Shown here piece by piece: positions 1 to 9,952 of a DNA stretch of 64,000 nt. The notes under the pieces are model-generated. The model made no database searches. It worked only from the letters and a program-made list of their open reading frames with translations, and was not told the DNA's origin. The DNA is taken from positions 128,001 through 192,000 of the forward strand of contig JBCCHT010000021.1 of assembly GCA_039028615.1 (NCBI GenBank), given 5' to 3'. The DNA is from Myxococcota bacterium (GTDB lineage Bacteria > Myxococcota_A > Polyangia > Nannocystales > Nannocystaceae). Position numbers and translations under genes: made by a program. Each line of letters opens with the position of its first letter. Position 1 is the first letter of the stretch.

Positions 1-257
1 AGCGCGGGCTGGCCCGGTCCCGTGGAGTCGCTTTGCTCGTCTCCCGTGCTCTCGGTGCCACCGTCGGTGGCCGCCGAGGTTGCTACCGCGGTGGTCGGGT
101 TCTCGGGCGTCTCGCCGTCCGCGGCGCTCGATGAGCCCGGCTCGGTCGTGGCGTTGGTCGTCGTGGTGGAGCTGGCCGGGTCCTGAGCGTTGCAACTCAG
201 CGCCAGTGACAGAAATGCGAACCAGTACTGCGAACGAACAACCACGATGCCATCCAC
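1..257 (-). CDS. Lipoprotein, N-terminal part only (gene runs off the left edge)
   Basis: Manual minus-strand translation (not in ORF track): MDGIVVVRSQYWFAFLSLALSCNAQDPASSTTTT.... It has a lipobox LALS-C followed by a Thr/Ser/Gly-rich linker like other lipoproteins here. GTG start at 257 or 245. Confidence 0.7.
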   Translation of the reverse strand, partial: MDGIVVVRSQYWFAFLSLALSCNAQDPASSTTTTNATTEPGSSSAADGETPENPTTAVATSAATDGGTESTGDEQSDSTGPGQPA

Positions 258-638
258 CCTAACGGGGGCAGGGGCGAGCTTCAATGTGCGACTCACGAGC
301 ACGATGCGTCGGGAAGTGGGCACGATCGATTCCGTCATCATCGACGATGCACTCGACCTCGAAGCATCCGGTACGCGAACGAACGTAATGATCGCGCGCG
401 GCGAGAGAGCATGCAGATTCGGCCGATCGTAGTCGCACGCCCCCGACTGTCGACGCTGGACCGCACGTCGAGGTCGTTTCGGTCTTCGATGCCACTGCAC
501 GAATCCGGGCCCTGCGATTTTTTCATCGAGTGTGCCGTCATTGCGCCACTGCTCGAATGGCACACGGCCTTGGAGGCCGGGTGTCCATTCACCGTGGGAC
601 GAGCCGAACTCGTCATTGCCCTCACCACGATCGCCGCC

Positions 639-2315
639 ATGACCCAATTAGCCTCTCGTCGCTCGCTCTGTTTTTCCGCCGCCGTCCTCTTCGTCGGTGG
701 CTCGCTCTCCTGTGGGGTCGCTGCATCACCCCAAGGTGGTGACGACGTTTCCAGTGCCACGGGTACTTCCAGCGCCGGTGAGGGGTTGGGGGGCGAGGGC
801 AGCGGTGGGGGCTCGAGCGGGGCCGACTCGACGGGAGTCCCCGACGGCCCGTGGCTGCCGGGAATCGCGTCCACCCTGCACCCGGGCCTTCCGAACGGCG
901 AGCCCGTGGCCTGCGAGTGGGATTGGTTCATCGGACACTTGTTCTTCCAGCGCAACGACGCCCAGCCCGACGCCCATTCCCCGCGCCGCATGTACTCGGC
1001 GAGCTGCGACACGGACACCAGCACGCCACGCCTTTACACCTCGCTCACGGTGGGGACGAAGGTCGACTCGGGGCTGGGTGGAGTGTCGGGCGTCGTCACC
1101 GTCAGCACCTTCGATCCTGCGACCGGTGCGGTGGTGGTGGACGAGACGCATCACTTCCCGGAATGCCGCTCGATGCACGGCATTGCGACGTCGTCCGACT
1201 GCGGCACCGTGGCCGCGCTGTGTCGAATCTCGAACACGGCGACCGGCGAAGACCACGATGCGGTCGCCACCGGGCCGGACCCGGAGTGGATGACCAACGA
1301 GAACATCTGCGGCAACGAGGACAAGATGAACGACCACATGTGGCTCTACGAGTGGCCCGACGGCGACCTGTCTCGAGACCCGGTCAAGGTCATCGTTCAC
1401 AAGTCCATCGGGTCGTGGGAGTACGGCAGCAACTACCTGCGCTACGCCGAGGCCGACGACAGCTACGGCATCGCGCTGAAGACGACCGTCGGGGAAAAGG
1501 ACGTCGGCTCGGGCTGTCACGAGGCCGACACCTTCCTCATCCTCGAGCGCGACGGCTATCAGTATGCACCCGAAAGCGAGCGTGGCTGGGTGTGGGCGTG
1601 CGCCACCGGGCACACCATGCACAACCGGCCCGCGTACGATCCCACGACGAACAAGTACGCCATGCTGTGCAGTACGGACTGGAACGACGAGGAGACCCCG
1701 GGGCTCAACGAGATCGCCTTCCGTAGGGAGGACTCGGCCAAGAGCGTGGTGCACTACGCGACCGGCGGCTCGGTCCGCATCAAGGGGGGCGCGGGGCCGC
1801 TCGTGCCTCGTGAAGGGGGCGGCTTCTTGGGGCTGCTGGTTGGCGAGCCGACCATGACCGAAGACCCCGACTACCTGAGCCCGACGCAGATCGGTCTGGT
1901 CACCCTCGATGCGACCGGGCAGCAAGAAGGCGAGATCATCTGGTATCCCAATGATGGCATCGGGTTCTATGGCTGGCCGCAGCTCGGGCCCCTGGGCGAT
2001 GGTCGCTACCTGCTCGCGTGGGGCGAGGGCTACCAAGCCGGGACCGCGGACAACAACGGAGATCGCAATGCCGCGCTCGTGCTGCCGCAGACGTTTTGGA
2101 TGATGGAGATCGACGAAGACGGCAACCCGCTCACCTCGCAGACCGAGGTCACCGAAGCGGGGTGGGGGGAGACGAACGAGATGATCCCGCTGGGCGCGGG
2201 GCGGGTCGCCTGGTCCTTCGTGCCCAATGATCGCAAGGACGTCGCGAAGGGGACCTACCCCGAGTGCAATCAAGACTTGGTGCACTACGTCTATACGTCG
2301 AGCACGCAGCCCTAG
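639..2315 (+). CDS. Lipoprotein of unknown function (Cys/Trp/His-rich, possibly beta-propeller)
   Basis: ORF 411..2315. ATG at 639 gives signal peptide MTQLASRRSLCFSAAVLFVGGSLS-C, a Gly/Ser linker and a long globular domain. Confidence 0.8.
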   Translation: MTQLASRRSLCFSAAVLFVGGSLSCGVAASPQGGDDVSSATGTSSAGEGLGGEGSGGGSSGADSTGVPDGPWLPGIASTLHPGLPNGEPVACEWDWFIGHLFFQRNDAQPDAHSPRRMYSASCDTDTSTPRLYTSLTVGTKVDSGLGGVSGVVTVSTFDPATGAVVVDETHHFPECRSMHGIATSSDCGTVAALCRISNTATGEDHDAVATGPDPEWMTNENICGNEDKMNDHMWLYEWPDGDLSRDPVKVIVHKSIGSWEYGSNYLRYAEADDSYGIALKTTVGEKDVGSGCHEADTFLILERDGYQYAPESERGWVWACATGHTMHNRPAYDPTTNKYAMLCSTDWNDEETPGLNEIAFRREDSAKSVVHYATGGSVRIKGGAGPLVPREGGGFLGLLVGEPTMTEDPDYLSPTQIGLVTLDATGQQEGEIIWYPNDGIGFYGWPQLGPLGDGRYLLAWGEGYQAGTADNNGDRNAALVLPQTFWMMEIDEDGNPLTSQTEVTEAGWGETNEMIPLGAGRVAWSFVPNDRKDVAKGTYPECNQDLVHYVYTSSTQP

Positions 2316-2441
2316 CGCGCACGCAATCGTGACCGTGGCGATGTTCGCGAAGCCGCGGGCTCATCGAGGAGACGGGTGATCGCCGTTCGCGGTGAAACAC
2401 CCGTCTGTGTCGGCGGAGTGTGACAACATGGGGCCATCGCC

Positions 2442-3035
2442 ATGTCGCACTTGCTCGAGCGCTTCGACGTCGTCGTCTCCCTCGTCCACACCGACGCCCC
2501 GGGGGCTCCCGATTGGCCCGAGGACCCGTATCGCCCCGTGTCGATGAAGGGCGTCGATGGGCTGAAGAGTTTTGTGGGCAACGAGTACCTGCAGCCGAGT
2601 TCGACGCTGGTGGCTTCGGTTGCGCTCCGTGCCTTGAATACGCTGGTGGTGCCGCTGATGGCGGAGGCTTTCACCGTCCATCTGTTACCCGCGCTCTACC
2701 CGGGTGTCGGCGACTCGGGCAGCGGGCGCTATCCCGGCTTCGACAAGCTCTTCGCCGATCTCTCGCACGACCCCCTGGCGAGCTACCTCGCGGCGGACAC
2801 GAACGCGATGGAGACCATGGCCGACGCCATGCTGGGCGCCATCGCAGGCAGCGTCCCCGCCGACGCGGCCGGGACCCTGGTCATCGCCGGCCACAGCGTG
2901 CCGAACCAGGCCATGCTCTGGCGCCTCGCACCGGACTCTCTGAAGTCCGTGCTGGCCGACATGGCCGTGACCAAGGGGGACCTCGTGGCGCTGACCCCCA
3001 AGGGGGTCGAGCACCTCGATTCACTCGGCGACTAG
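2442..3035 (+). CDS. Histidine-phosphatase-fold (SixA-like) protein with atypical RHG motif
   Basis: SLVHTDA...DPYRPVSMKG resembles RHG...DxxRPLTxxG, VASVALRALNT resembles SxxxRAxQT, and LVIAGHSVP resembles VGHxP. Confidence 0.65.
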   Translation: MSHLLERFDVVVSLVHTDAPGAPDWPEDPYRPVSMKGVDGLKSFVGNEYLQPSSTLVASVALRALNTLVVPLMAEAFTVHLLPALYPGVGDSGSGRYPGFDKLFADLSHDPLASYLAADTNAMETMADAMLGAIAGSVPADAAGTLVIAGHSVPNQAMLWRLAPDSLKSVLADMAVTKGDLVALTPKGVEHLDSLGD

Positions 3036-3059
3036 CGACACGCGCTCGCGAGTGGCCCG

Positions 3060-4241
3060 CTACTGTCCCGATGCGACGGCGAGCGCCTCGAGCACGGCGG
3101 GGATCGAAGTGACCTCGCTGTTGTTCGTGAGCACGACCGCGAGGGCACCGCTGGCGTCGTCGCGCAGGCCCCAAGAATGGAATCCCGGCACCGCGCCGAG
3201 GTGACCGGTCAGCGATTGGCCGCCGACGTCCAGCATCATCAACCCCAGGCCGTAGGCTTCGGTGACTCCAGGCTGGCCGAAGCCGAGATCCGAGGGCATG
3301 TCGTCGAGCTGGAGTGCGAGTAGCTCGTCGCCATAGAGCTCGCCGCCGAGCATGGCCCGGTAAAACTCCGCCAGATCTTCGGCCGTGGAGTAGCCCGAGC
3401 CGGCGGCCCAGCCCACCGACGGATGTGATGGCGTCACCACCCCGTAGGCACCGCCGTCTCCGAAGGCGACGGTGGGCGGGATGGCCTCGGGGTCGACGAT
3501 GAGCCCGGAGTCGTCGAGCCCGAGCGGGTCCAACACCCGAGCTTGGAGCACCTCCTCGAAGGGCTGCTGCTCGATCCCTTCCAGAATGAGCCCCAGCGCG
3601 ATGTAGTTCGTGTTGGCGTACACCGAAGGCCCCGGCCCGTCGTCGCGAACCCCTCGACCGAGGGTGATCAGCTCCTGGGGAGTCCAGGCATCACCAGTAT
3701 GCTCTTGCATGTCGGGGTGGGCGAAGTACTCGCCGAGGCCGCTCGTGTGCTGCAGCAGGTCGCGAACCGTGATGGTGGGGTCCAGGCCCGTCACCCAGGT
3801 ACTGCTGGAGTCCTCCAAAGACATCGCACCTTCGTCGACGAGCATGAGGGTGATCGCGGCGGTCCAGGTCTTGGTGTTGCTGCCGATGAGGAGTTGGTGC
3901 TCTGCGGTCATCGGCTCACCGCTGGAGGCAACTCCGGTAACCCCGAACCACGCATCGCCGTCCGGTTCGAGCACTGCGAGCTGAGCTCCGGGCGTGTCGA
4001 TGGTCTCGAGGATGGACGGGTAAGGGGACTCGTCTGGGGCCCCTCCGGACGAGCCGTCATCCGAGGAACTCGAAGCCTCGGCGCCGCTGGTGGGCATGCC
4101 GGAGACGTCGCCACCCTCGGTCCCTGATGAGCCCTCGGTGGTGCCGCCCGCCGCGTCGGGCGAGTCATCCGAGCGACATGCGGCGCTCAGGACCAGGCAG
4201 GCGGCGAGCGCGGTGGTGTGTGGACTATGGAAGATATGCAT
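3060..4241 (-). CDS. Serine hydrolase lipoprotein, beta-lactamase/D-Ala-D-Ala carboxypeptidase family
   Basis: SxxK (GSNTKT), LLQHTSG, YxN (YANTNY) and GHLG motifs; lipobox LSAA-C after ATG 4241. Confidence 0.9.
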   Translation of the reverse strand: MHIFHSPHTTALAACLVLSAACRSDDSPDAAGGTTEGSSGTEGGDVSGMPTSGAEASSSSDDGSSGGAPDESPYPSILETIDTPGAQLAVLEPDGDAWFGVTGVASSGEPMTAEHQLLIGSNTKTWTAAITLMLVDEGAMSLEDSSSTWVTGLDPTITVRDLLQHTSGLGEYFAHPDMQEHTGDAWTPQELITLGRGVRDDGPGPSVYANTNYIALGLILEGIEQQPFEEVLQARVLDPLGLDDSGLIVDPEAIPPTVAFGDGGAYGVVTPSHPSVGWAAGSGYSTAEDLAEFYRAMLGGELYGDELLALQLDDMPSDLGFGQPGVTEAYGLGLMMLDVGGQSLTGHLGAVPGFHSWGLRDDASGALAVVLTNNSEVTSIPAVLEALAVASGQ

Positions 4242-4572
4242 GGACGGTCTTCGAACACCGCCGCGGTCGGACCGTGTCCCTGCGAATCTTCGGAAACGGT
4301 GCGAAGAATTGGGGGTTCCTCGTAATCGAGTCCACGGTTCATGGCCGATGAGTGACCTCACCGATCGCCAGGCTCGATCGAGGGGCGCGAGGGTTACCAT
4401 GGGTCGTGACGCCGGAGCGAGCACGTCGATGGGCAACAAGCGCGGCGCAGTAGTTTGGCCCCTGCCATCGAAGTGGCACCACTCGGCGGTGACCGAGCTG
4501 TGCACGCTCGTGGGTGCCTCGACGCCGACGGCTGGCCTGCATCCCGGGGAGTTCGATTGTCGGTGGGGAGAC

Positions 4573-4980
4573 ATGAACTGCATTGCGCGCCGCTTGGAGT
4601 ACGGGCAGGCGCCGCTGCTCGAGTTTCGATTCTGGCAGTCGGATGTCCTCGAGAAGCTCTCCCGGGGCACCTTCTCGCTCGAAGCGGACCCGCTGTTTCC
4701 CCTGGCGTGCAGTTTTCGCGACGCATGTGAGCAGCTCGAGGTCGCCGCGGCCTTCGTGCGGGTTCGACTCGTGCAGGACGAGGCGTCGACCATCGAGCAG
4801 TTCGTGCGGGATGCCGAAGCCGGGGACATCGATGCGCTCTGCGACGAGATGCACGCCGCGGTGTTCGTTTCGGACCGACTGGGGGCCTTTCCCTTCGAGC
4901 GGCTGAGCGAACGCGAGTGCATGGACACGCCCTCCGGGATGATTCTGTTCGCTGGCCGCGATGAAGGCCGCTGGTACTGA
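4573..4980 (+). CDS. Hypothetical protein
   Basis: 3' part of ORF 4090..4980; GGGGAG RBS just before ATG 4573; protein-like composition. Confidence 0.6.
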   Translation: MNCIARRLEYGQAPLLEFRFWQSDVLEKLSRGTFSLEADPLFPLACSFRDACEQLEVAAAFVRVRLVQDEASTIEQFVRDAEAGDIDALCDEMHAAVFVSDRLGAFPFERLSERECMDTPSGMILFAGRDEGRWY

Positions 4981-5061
4981 CGCCCTAGCGATGCCGCGCC
5001 GAGACCCGTGGGGCGACATGGCTGGGCCGTCGACCATGCCTCTGCGTCGAGATGAAAGCAG

Positions 5062-5100
5062 GGGAGGCCGGGGCGCGCCTGGGGCGTGAACCGGCCTCCC
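5062..5100. terminator. GC-rich hairpin between convergent genes
   Basis: GGGAGGCCGG (5062-5071) and CCGGCCTCCC (5091-5100) form a perfect inverted repeat. Confidence 0.5.
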
Positions 5101-5127
5101 TCGGCCCTTCGGGCGATTGGCGGCGGC

Positions 5128-5580
5128 CTAGCAGTGCGTCCGGATCATCATGCAGTCCTGGCCGTTCTCGTCGCACACGATCTCGATGCTGGTGCAGCCA
5201 CCGCGGTACTCGTCGGTCTCGGTGAGCGTGGACTGCATGCTCCACGCGGCCTCGTCTTCGACCTGAAGATCGAGCATGTCGATCAGCTGGGGGAACGGCA
5301 CGGGCGCGGGCATGGACGGACATATCGCGTCGAAGGCGGAGAAGTCGAAGTCCTCTTCGTCCTGGTCGAAGTGGACGACGTTGCCCTCGCGGAGGTCGAC
5401 GAGGAAGCGGGTGTCCGGGTTCTCGTGCAGTACATCGTTGATGTCGGTCGCGTCGAAGTGGATGTGACGAATGTTGCTGTCTTCCGGGGTTGAACCTTCG
5501 GACACGTCACAGGCCGATCCGAAGATGGCGAGCGAGGCAACGAGGAGAGAAGTGCTGGCTACGATGCTACGGTTGCTCAT
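5128..5580 (-). CDS. Small acidic lipoprotein, unknown function
   Basis: MSNRSIVASTSLLVASLAIFGSA-C lipobox; Cys-containing C-terminus. Confidence 0.75.
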   Translation of the reverse strand: MSNRSIVASTSLLVASLAIFGSACDVSEGSTPEDSNIRHIHFDATDINDVLHENPDTRFLVDLREGNVVHFDQDEEDFDFSAFDAICPSMPAPVPFPQLIDMLDLQVEDEAAWSMQSTLTETDEYRGGCTSIEIVCDENGQDCMMIRTHC

Positions 5581-6414
5581 GTCGGGTGCTCCAGTGAGCA
5601 TGACTATGAGCGGGCGAAAGAAGTGTGGACAGTGGTCGTTCGACCGTAGTCTGCGGATTTTTTCGGTCGGGCTGTCGAACCGCTTTTCCGAGAGTGCCAC
5701 TTTCGAGGGGGCTCGAGTCGAGTGGCAGTTTTTGTGTCTCATGTCGGGCTTCGACCGAACTGATCACCGTGCCCAGTACGTTCACTCGTGTCACGACGTT
5801 CGGGCCGCCGCGGAAGAAGCACGGCATCGTCGAGCTACAATGATGTCGATGCGATTGAAGTGCGACCGGCCCTTTGGGGGCAGGGTAGAGTGTTGGGAGG
5901 CGAGGACGCCGCCCTGGGCATCGCGCAGTCCATGTGGCCCAGAACGACGCCCGTCTGGCCGCGATTCTCGGCGGGGCGTGGCCCGTTTCTTCATGGTTCG
6001 GCGTGGGAGGCCGAGTCCACTTCGTGTCCGTCGTCGCGCTCGAGGCAAACGAGCGTTGGACACGGAGTCGTTCCATCCCGTCGCGCTGGGGCGGTGTCGG
6101 TTGTTGCCGTCACGTTTAATGCGTTGAAAGTGCCTCGAGAGTCGACTCGTTACAATGGCCATTGTCGTTACTAATAGTGCCGATGACCTGTTGTCATGAT
6201 TTCGTCAATATGGAAGTAGTTATCTGCCAGCGATGCAGGTGTCGCGGCTCTCGCATGCGGTCCCTGCATGATGTCTCTGAGAGGCTGTCGCTGAGTTTTC
6301 GTGATGAGTGCCGGGAGGGCGGGCATGTGATCTGCATTGGGTTCCTGTCGTCTTTTCGACTGGAGGACCCCGATGCCAAATTGTCGCGTCGTCGATCGTC
6401 TACGCTCGATGGCG

Positions 6415-6449
6415 TCGGGGCGGGAGCAGCCGTCTGCCACCCGCCCCGA
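6415..6449 (-). terminator. Hairpin downstream of the 6459..7712 gene
   Basis: TCGGGGCGGG...CCCGCCCCGA inverted repeat about 10 nt past the stop codon. Confidence 0.5.
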
Positions 6450-6458
6450 GGTTTGCGA

Positions 6459-7712
6459 CTATTCGCTGACGTAGAGCCACATCTCGCCGCCGCCACCGGC
6501 GACCACGAGCTCACCATTGCCGAGCATGAAGACCCGCGAGAGGGCACCCGCGCCCTCGGGGGTGATGTCGACGAAGGTGCGGCCGCCATCGGTGCTGTGC
6601 ACCACGAAGCCGCCCTGGCTGGTGGGGATCTTCTCGCCCACGCCCACGACGACGTCACCATCGACGGCGATACCGTTGTAGCCGCCCTCGTACTCGAGGT
6701 CGGAGTCCCACAGCTCGATCTGCTCCCACGAGTCGACCATGTACGGGTCGCCGCCGTCGAGCAGGTACATCAGGGGGTAGCGCTCGCTCTGGTCGTGGCC
6801 GGCGACGATCATGTGGGTGGAGTCCCAGATGTGCATGTCGAGCAGCTCGCCGTCGCGGGTCTCGGGCTGCAGCTCCACCGACTGGAAGTGGAAGGTCGCG
6901 TCGGGCAGCATCGAGGGCAGGTGGACTCGGGCGGGGTCGTTGATGAGGCTGCCCACCGCGTAAAACGAGTTGTCGTGCGCGAGGATGCGGCGGACCTGGA
7001 TGCCGGGTGCATCGGGGTCCGCGATGGCGGCCTCGCTGAGGCTCTCGTACTCGGTGAACTCGCCCCCGGCGGGCTGATGGGCGCACGAGGTCCCGGTCAG
7101 CGAATCGATGAGGATCTCGCCGTCACCGGTCACCGCGACGTTCTCCGCCTGGTTCACGGCCGAGAACGCGCTGGTGCCCGGCTGGTACAGCCCGCGCGGA
7201 TCGAGGCGCTCGGGGTCCGACTCGTCGATCGAGAACACGCTGTAGCCATCGAGCTGATGAATGCCGGCGCCGTAGAGCACACCGTCCGGGCCGCGCCGGA
7301 TGTCCATGACTCGGACCTCGCCGAAGCGCATCTGGGACTCCCAGGTCGTTCCTCCGTCGATGGTGGTGTACAGGCCCTCGCCGTCGGCATTTTCACCGCA
7401 GCCCACGAAGCCGACGTTGGCGTCGTCGAACCACAGAGCGTTGGTGCCGGAGCCGGCACAGGGACCGCCGACCGGGACCCAGACCATGGGGCCGCCCGGG
7501 TCGACCGGATCGCCGGAGGATTCATCGTCGGCACCTTCGGACGCACCAGGGCCGGTGCCGCCCGTGCCTTCGGTCGCTCCCATCGTGTCGCCGCCGGGTG
7601 CATCGCCGGTTGCATCTGAGTTGCCCGTGTCGTCGTCGCTGCCACCCAGATCGCAGGCGGGGGAGAGCACCAGGAGAGCGGCCGTGAGCCAAAAATTGGG
7701 GGATCGTCGCAT
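6459..7712 (-). CDS. Lipoprotein with BNR/Asp-box (YCF48/sialidase-like) beta-propeller
   Basis: Lipobox LSPA-C; Asp-box motifs TIDGGTTW and STDGGRTF. Confidence 0.8.
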   Translation of the reverse strand: MRRSPNFWLTAALLVLSPACDLGGSDDDTGNSDATGDAPGGDTMGATEGTGGTGPGASEGADDESSGDPVDPGGPMVWVPVGGPCAGSGTNALWFDDANVGFVGCGENADGEGLYTTIDGGTTWESQMRFGEVRVMDIRRGPDGVLYGAGIHQLDGYSVFSIDESDPERLDPRGLYQPGTSAFSAVNQAENVAVTGDGEILIDSLTGTSCAHQPAGGEFTEYESLSEAAIADPDAPGIQVRRILAHDNSFYAVGSLINDPARVHLPSMLPDATFHFQSVELQPETRDGELLDMHIWDSTHMIVAGHDQSERYPLMYLLDGGDPYMVDSWEQIELWDSDLEYEGGYNGIAVDGDVVVGVGEKIPTSQGGFVVHSTDGGRTFVDITPEGAGALSRVFMLGNGELVVAGGGGEMWLYVSE

Positions 7713-7886
7713 TGCAGTCGTGTTCCTTTCCGCAACCGCAGGGCGAAACCATGCGCACGCGCTTGCGTTGTGCGCTGATGGAGACCCGAAGCGCCCGATC
7801 GGATCACGAGCGGCGTAAATTTGGGGGGCTCCCCGACCATGCGACCTCCCGGGCGTTGCTCCTGCGCTGGCTCACGACGAGATTCG

Positions 7887-8237
7887 ATGCTTCGCATGAA
7901 TATTCGCCCGCCGATACGGTCGGCTGGACGTCGTTCGGCGCGTGCGTCAGCATCCCGCGTGGATCTGGTGCAACGGCAGATGCTGGACCTTGCGGAATCA
8001 CCCTACGAGGACTACGTCTCGCGGCTGGAGCGGCTGAGAAGAGAGCGCAGCGAGTGGGCACGGGTGGCCTATCACGAGGCCCGGGAGGACCAACGCGGTA
8101 CCCACGATCAAAATGAGCAGGTCGTCGTGCTCCGCGCAGCTCGTGCCGCGGCCGACAAGTGGGGCGATCCTGCCGATATCGAGACGCTGGACCGAGCGAT
8201 CGTGGAGGAGGAGACGAGAATCGAAGACGGTCGGTGA
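7887..8237 (+). CDS. Hypothetical helical protein
   Basis: 3' part of ORF 7821..8237; charged helical composition; start uncertain (7887 or 7896). Confidence 0.55.
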   Translation: MLRMNIRPPIRSAGRRSARASASRVDLVQRQMLDLAESPYEDYVSRLERLRRERSEWARVAYHEAREDQRGTHDQNEQVVVLRAARAAADKWGDPADIETLDRAIVEEETRIEDGR

Positions 8238-8284
8238 CGGCAGTGGCAGCCATGGGTTGCGCCGACCCGTGTAGTGTTTGGCGA

Positions 8285-9079
8285 CTACGCGTTGGGCGAG
8301 GGCTGAGGCTGAAGCATGCGCTGCGGTCGGTGACCCACGAAGCGACGGCGAATGCGGTTGGTGATGATGCGACCGAACGCGCGGAACAAGCCCATCTTGG
8401 TGAGGGGCACGAGCAGCAGCAGGCCGTGCCCCGCGGTGTACTGGGGGTTGCGCTGCAAGTACAGCTGCGACGCGGGGTGGGGACAGTCTCGCCAGTCACG
8501 GGTTTCGCCCGTGCTCTGCCGGGTCTGCCAACCGACGTGATAGACGCCCGGGCGCTGAGGATCGACGGGGCGCAGCTGAAAGTCCTCGGCGAGCTCGTCC
8601 ATGAGCTTCTGTTCGCGCGAGGGAGTGGGCTCCTGCCAGTGAGGCCAGACCTGATCGGCGTGGCGAGCCAGCGTGCGATAGGTGGCCGGGTTGGTGGCAC
8701 ACGACAGCCCCCAGACCATGCGACCGGGGTGCCGCATGATGGCCCGCAGGGACTCGCCGGCGAGGAACCATGCGCAGCGACTCTGCCGTCGGTACGCCGC
8801 GAGCATACCGACCTCCGCTCGCAGCACCAGCGCGGGGCCGCCCTCGACGTCGCGCTCGAACGCATGGAACGCGGCATAGCCCACGATCTCCTCGTCGACG
8901 CGCAGCACCTGGATGCGGGTGTACTCGGCGGGAGAGTCGACCACATAGGCGGCGAACTCGGCCCGGCTCACGCCCGCGAAGATGCGATTGTGTGCAGCGT
9001 ACAGGTCGTCGGTGAAGCGCTCGCGCTCGGTGGCGGACAGGGCGTGGGGGTCGACGATCTCGGCGATGGGCTGTGACAT
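8285..9079 (-). CDS. GNAT-like fold hypothetical protein
   Basis: EEIVGYAAF...AEVGMLAAYRRQ resembles GNAT motif A; GGAGGG RBS upstream. Confidence 0.7.
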   Translation of the reverse strand: MSQPIAEIVDPHALSATERERFTDDLYAAHNRIFAGVSRAEFAAYVVDSPAEYTRIQVLRVDEEIVGYAAFHAFERDVEGGPALVLRAEVGMLAAYRRQSRCAWFLAGESLRAIMRHPGRMVWGLSCATNPATYRTLARHADQVWPHWQEPTPSREQKLMDELAEDFQLRPVDPQRPGVYHVGWQTRQSTGETRDWRDCPHPASQLYLQRNPQYTAGHGLLLLVPLTKMGLFRAFGRIITNRIRRRFVGHRPQRMLQPQPSPNA

Positions 9080-9307
9080 GGCGAAAATCCCTCCGAGGCA
9101 TCACGATTTCGGGGAGGATGCGAAACGCCGACCGCGGGTCGGTTCGGATGCGGGTCAGCGCACTCGAACGAGCCACCTGGGCGGCCGAGTTCCCGACTCG
9201 CGGCCTTCAGCTGGGGGGTTCCCGACGCACGGTCAGGGATTGCGGCCGAACTCGATTTTTTCGAACGGGGCCTCTGAGGCCGAATTCCGGTCTCGATCGC
9301 GCCTGGC

Positions 9308-9883
9308 TCAGCTGTCCTCGAGCATCGTGGTGGCGACCTGCTCCAACACAGTGGCCAGCCGCTTCGCGGCCACGGGAGTGACGTCCTCGAGCAGGTAGGC
9401 GCCCTCGATCGAGGTCATCAGCACGGTGACGACCTCTTCGACGCGCTTGCGACTCCGGCGACCCTTGGGCAGAGTGCCTCGAAGTCGCTCGACCGAGGTC
9501 TCGAACATGCGCTGGTAGTACTCGTTGAGCTTCTGTCGCACGGCCGGCTCGGTCTGGGCCTTGGCGAACAGCTCGCGAAACGCCGGAGCGGCACTCCGGA
9601 CGCCTTCGTCGCAGAGGGAGGCTCGGAGCACCGAACGTAGCGTCGGGGTCTCGGCCGGGCCGAGTGCTGTCTGCATCGCGGCGCTGCACTCGGCCAGGTG
9701 GTGCTCGGTGACCCCTACGAGGAGATCCTCGGGCGACTTGAAGTGGTACTGGACGTTGCTCAGCGACAGCCCCGCGTGCTTGGCGACCTGGCGCATCGTC
9801 ATCCCGGCGGTACCTCGCTCGTGCAGCAGTTCGAACGCGGCCGCTGCGATTCGAGTGCGCGTCGATTGCGAGCGCGAAGTCAT
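9308..9883 (-). CDS. TetR/AcrR family transcriptional regulator
   Basis: N-terminal HTH TRTRIAAAAFELLHERGTAGMTMRQVAKHAGLSLSNVQYHFKS. Confidence 0.95.
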   Translation of the reverse strand: MTSRSQSTRTRIAAAAFELLHERGTAGMTMRQVAKHAGLSLSNVQYHFKSPEDLLVGVTEHHLAECSAAMQTALGPAETPTLRSVLRASLCDEGVRSAAPAFRELFAKAQTEPAVRQKLNEYYQRMFETSVERLRGTLPKGRRSRKRVEEVVTVLMTSIEGAYLLEDVTPVAAKRLATVLEQVATTMLEDS

Positions 9884-9886
9884 CGC

Positions 9887-9937
9887 TTGACAGATTAGGT
9901 CACGCGACCTAGATCCTCAACTAGGTCACGTGACCTA
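9887..9937. promoter_or_regulatory. Divergent sigma70 promoters with two TetR operator palindromes
   Basis: Operators TAGGTCACGCGACCTA (9896-9911) and the perfect palindrome TAGGTCACGTGACCTA (9922-9937). Plus-strand promoter TTGACA(9887)-17-TAGATC; minus-strand promoter TTGAGG-17-TAATCT. Confidence 0.8.
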
Positions 9938-9952
9938 CAGCGAAAACGAGGA

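Noticed and set aside
4242..4928. N-terminal extension of the serine hydrolase ORF (similar extensions at 411, 12238, 21431, 34571, 37595, 41245, 45166, 49079, 52716)
   Set aside because: These overlap other genes or precede clear signal peptides or RBS-supported starts; they are longest-ORF artefacts.
9087..9119. Hairpin covering the RBS of the GNAT-like gene (possible riboswitch or thermometer)
   Set aside because: The stem is imperfect, such stems are expected by chance at this GC content, and it resembles no aptamer I know.
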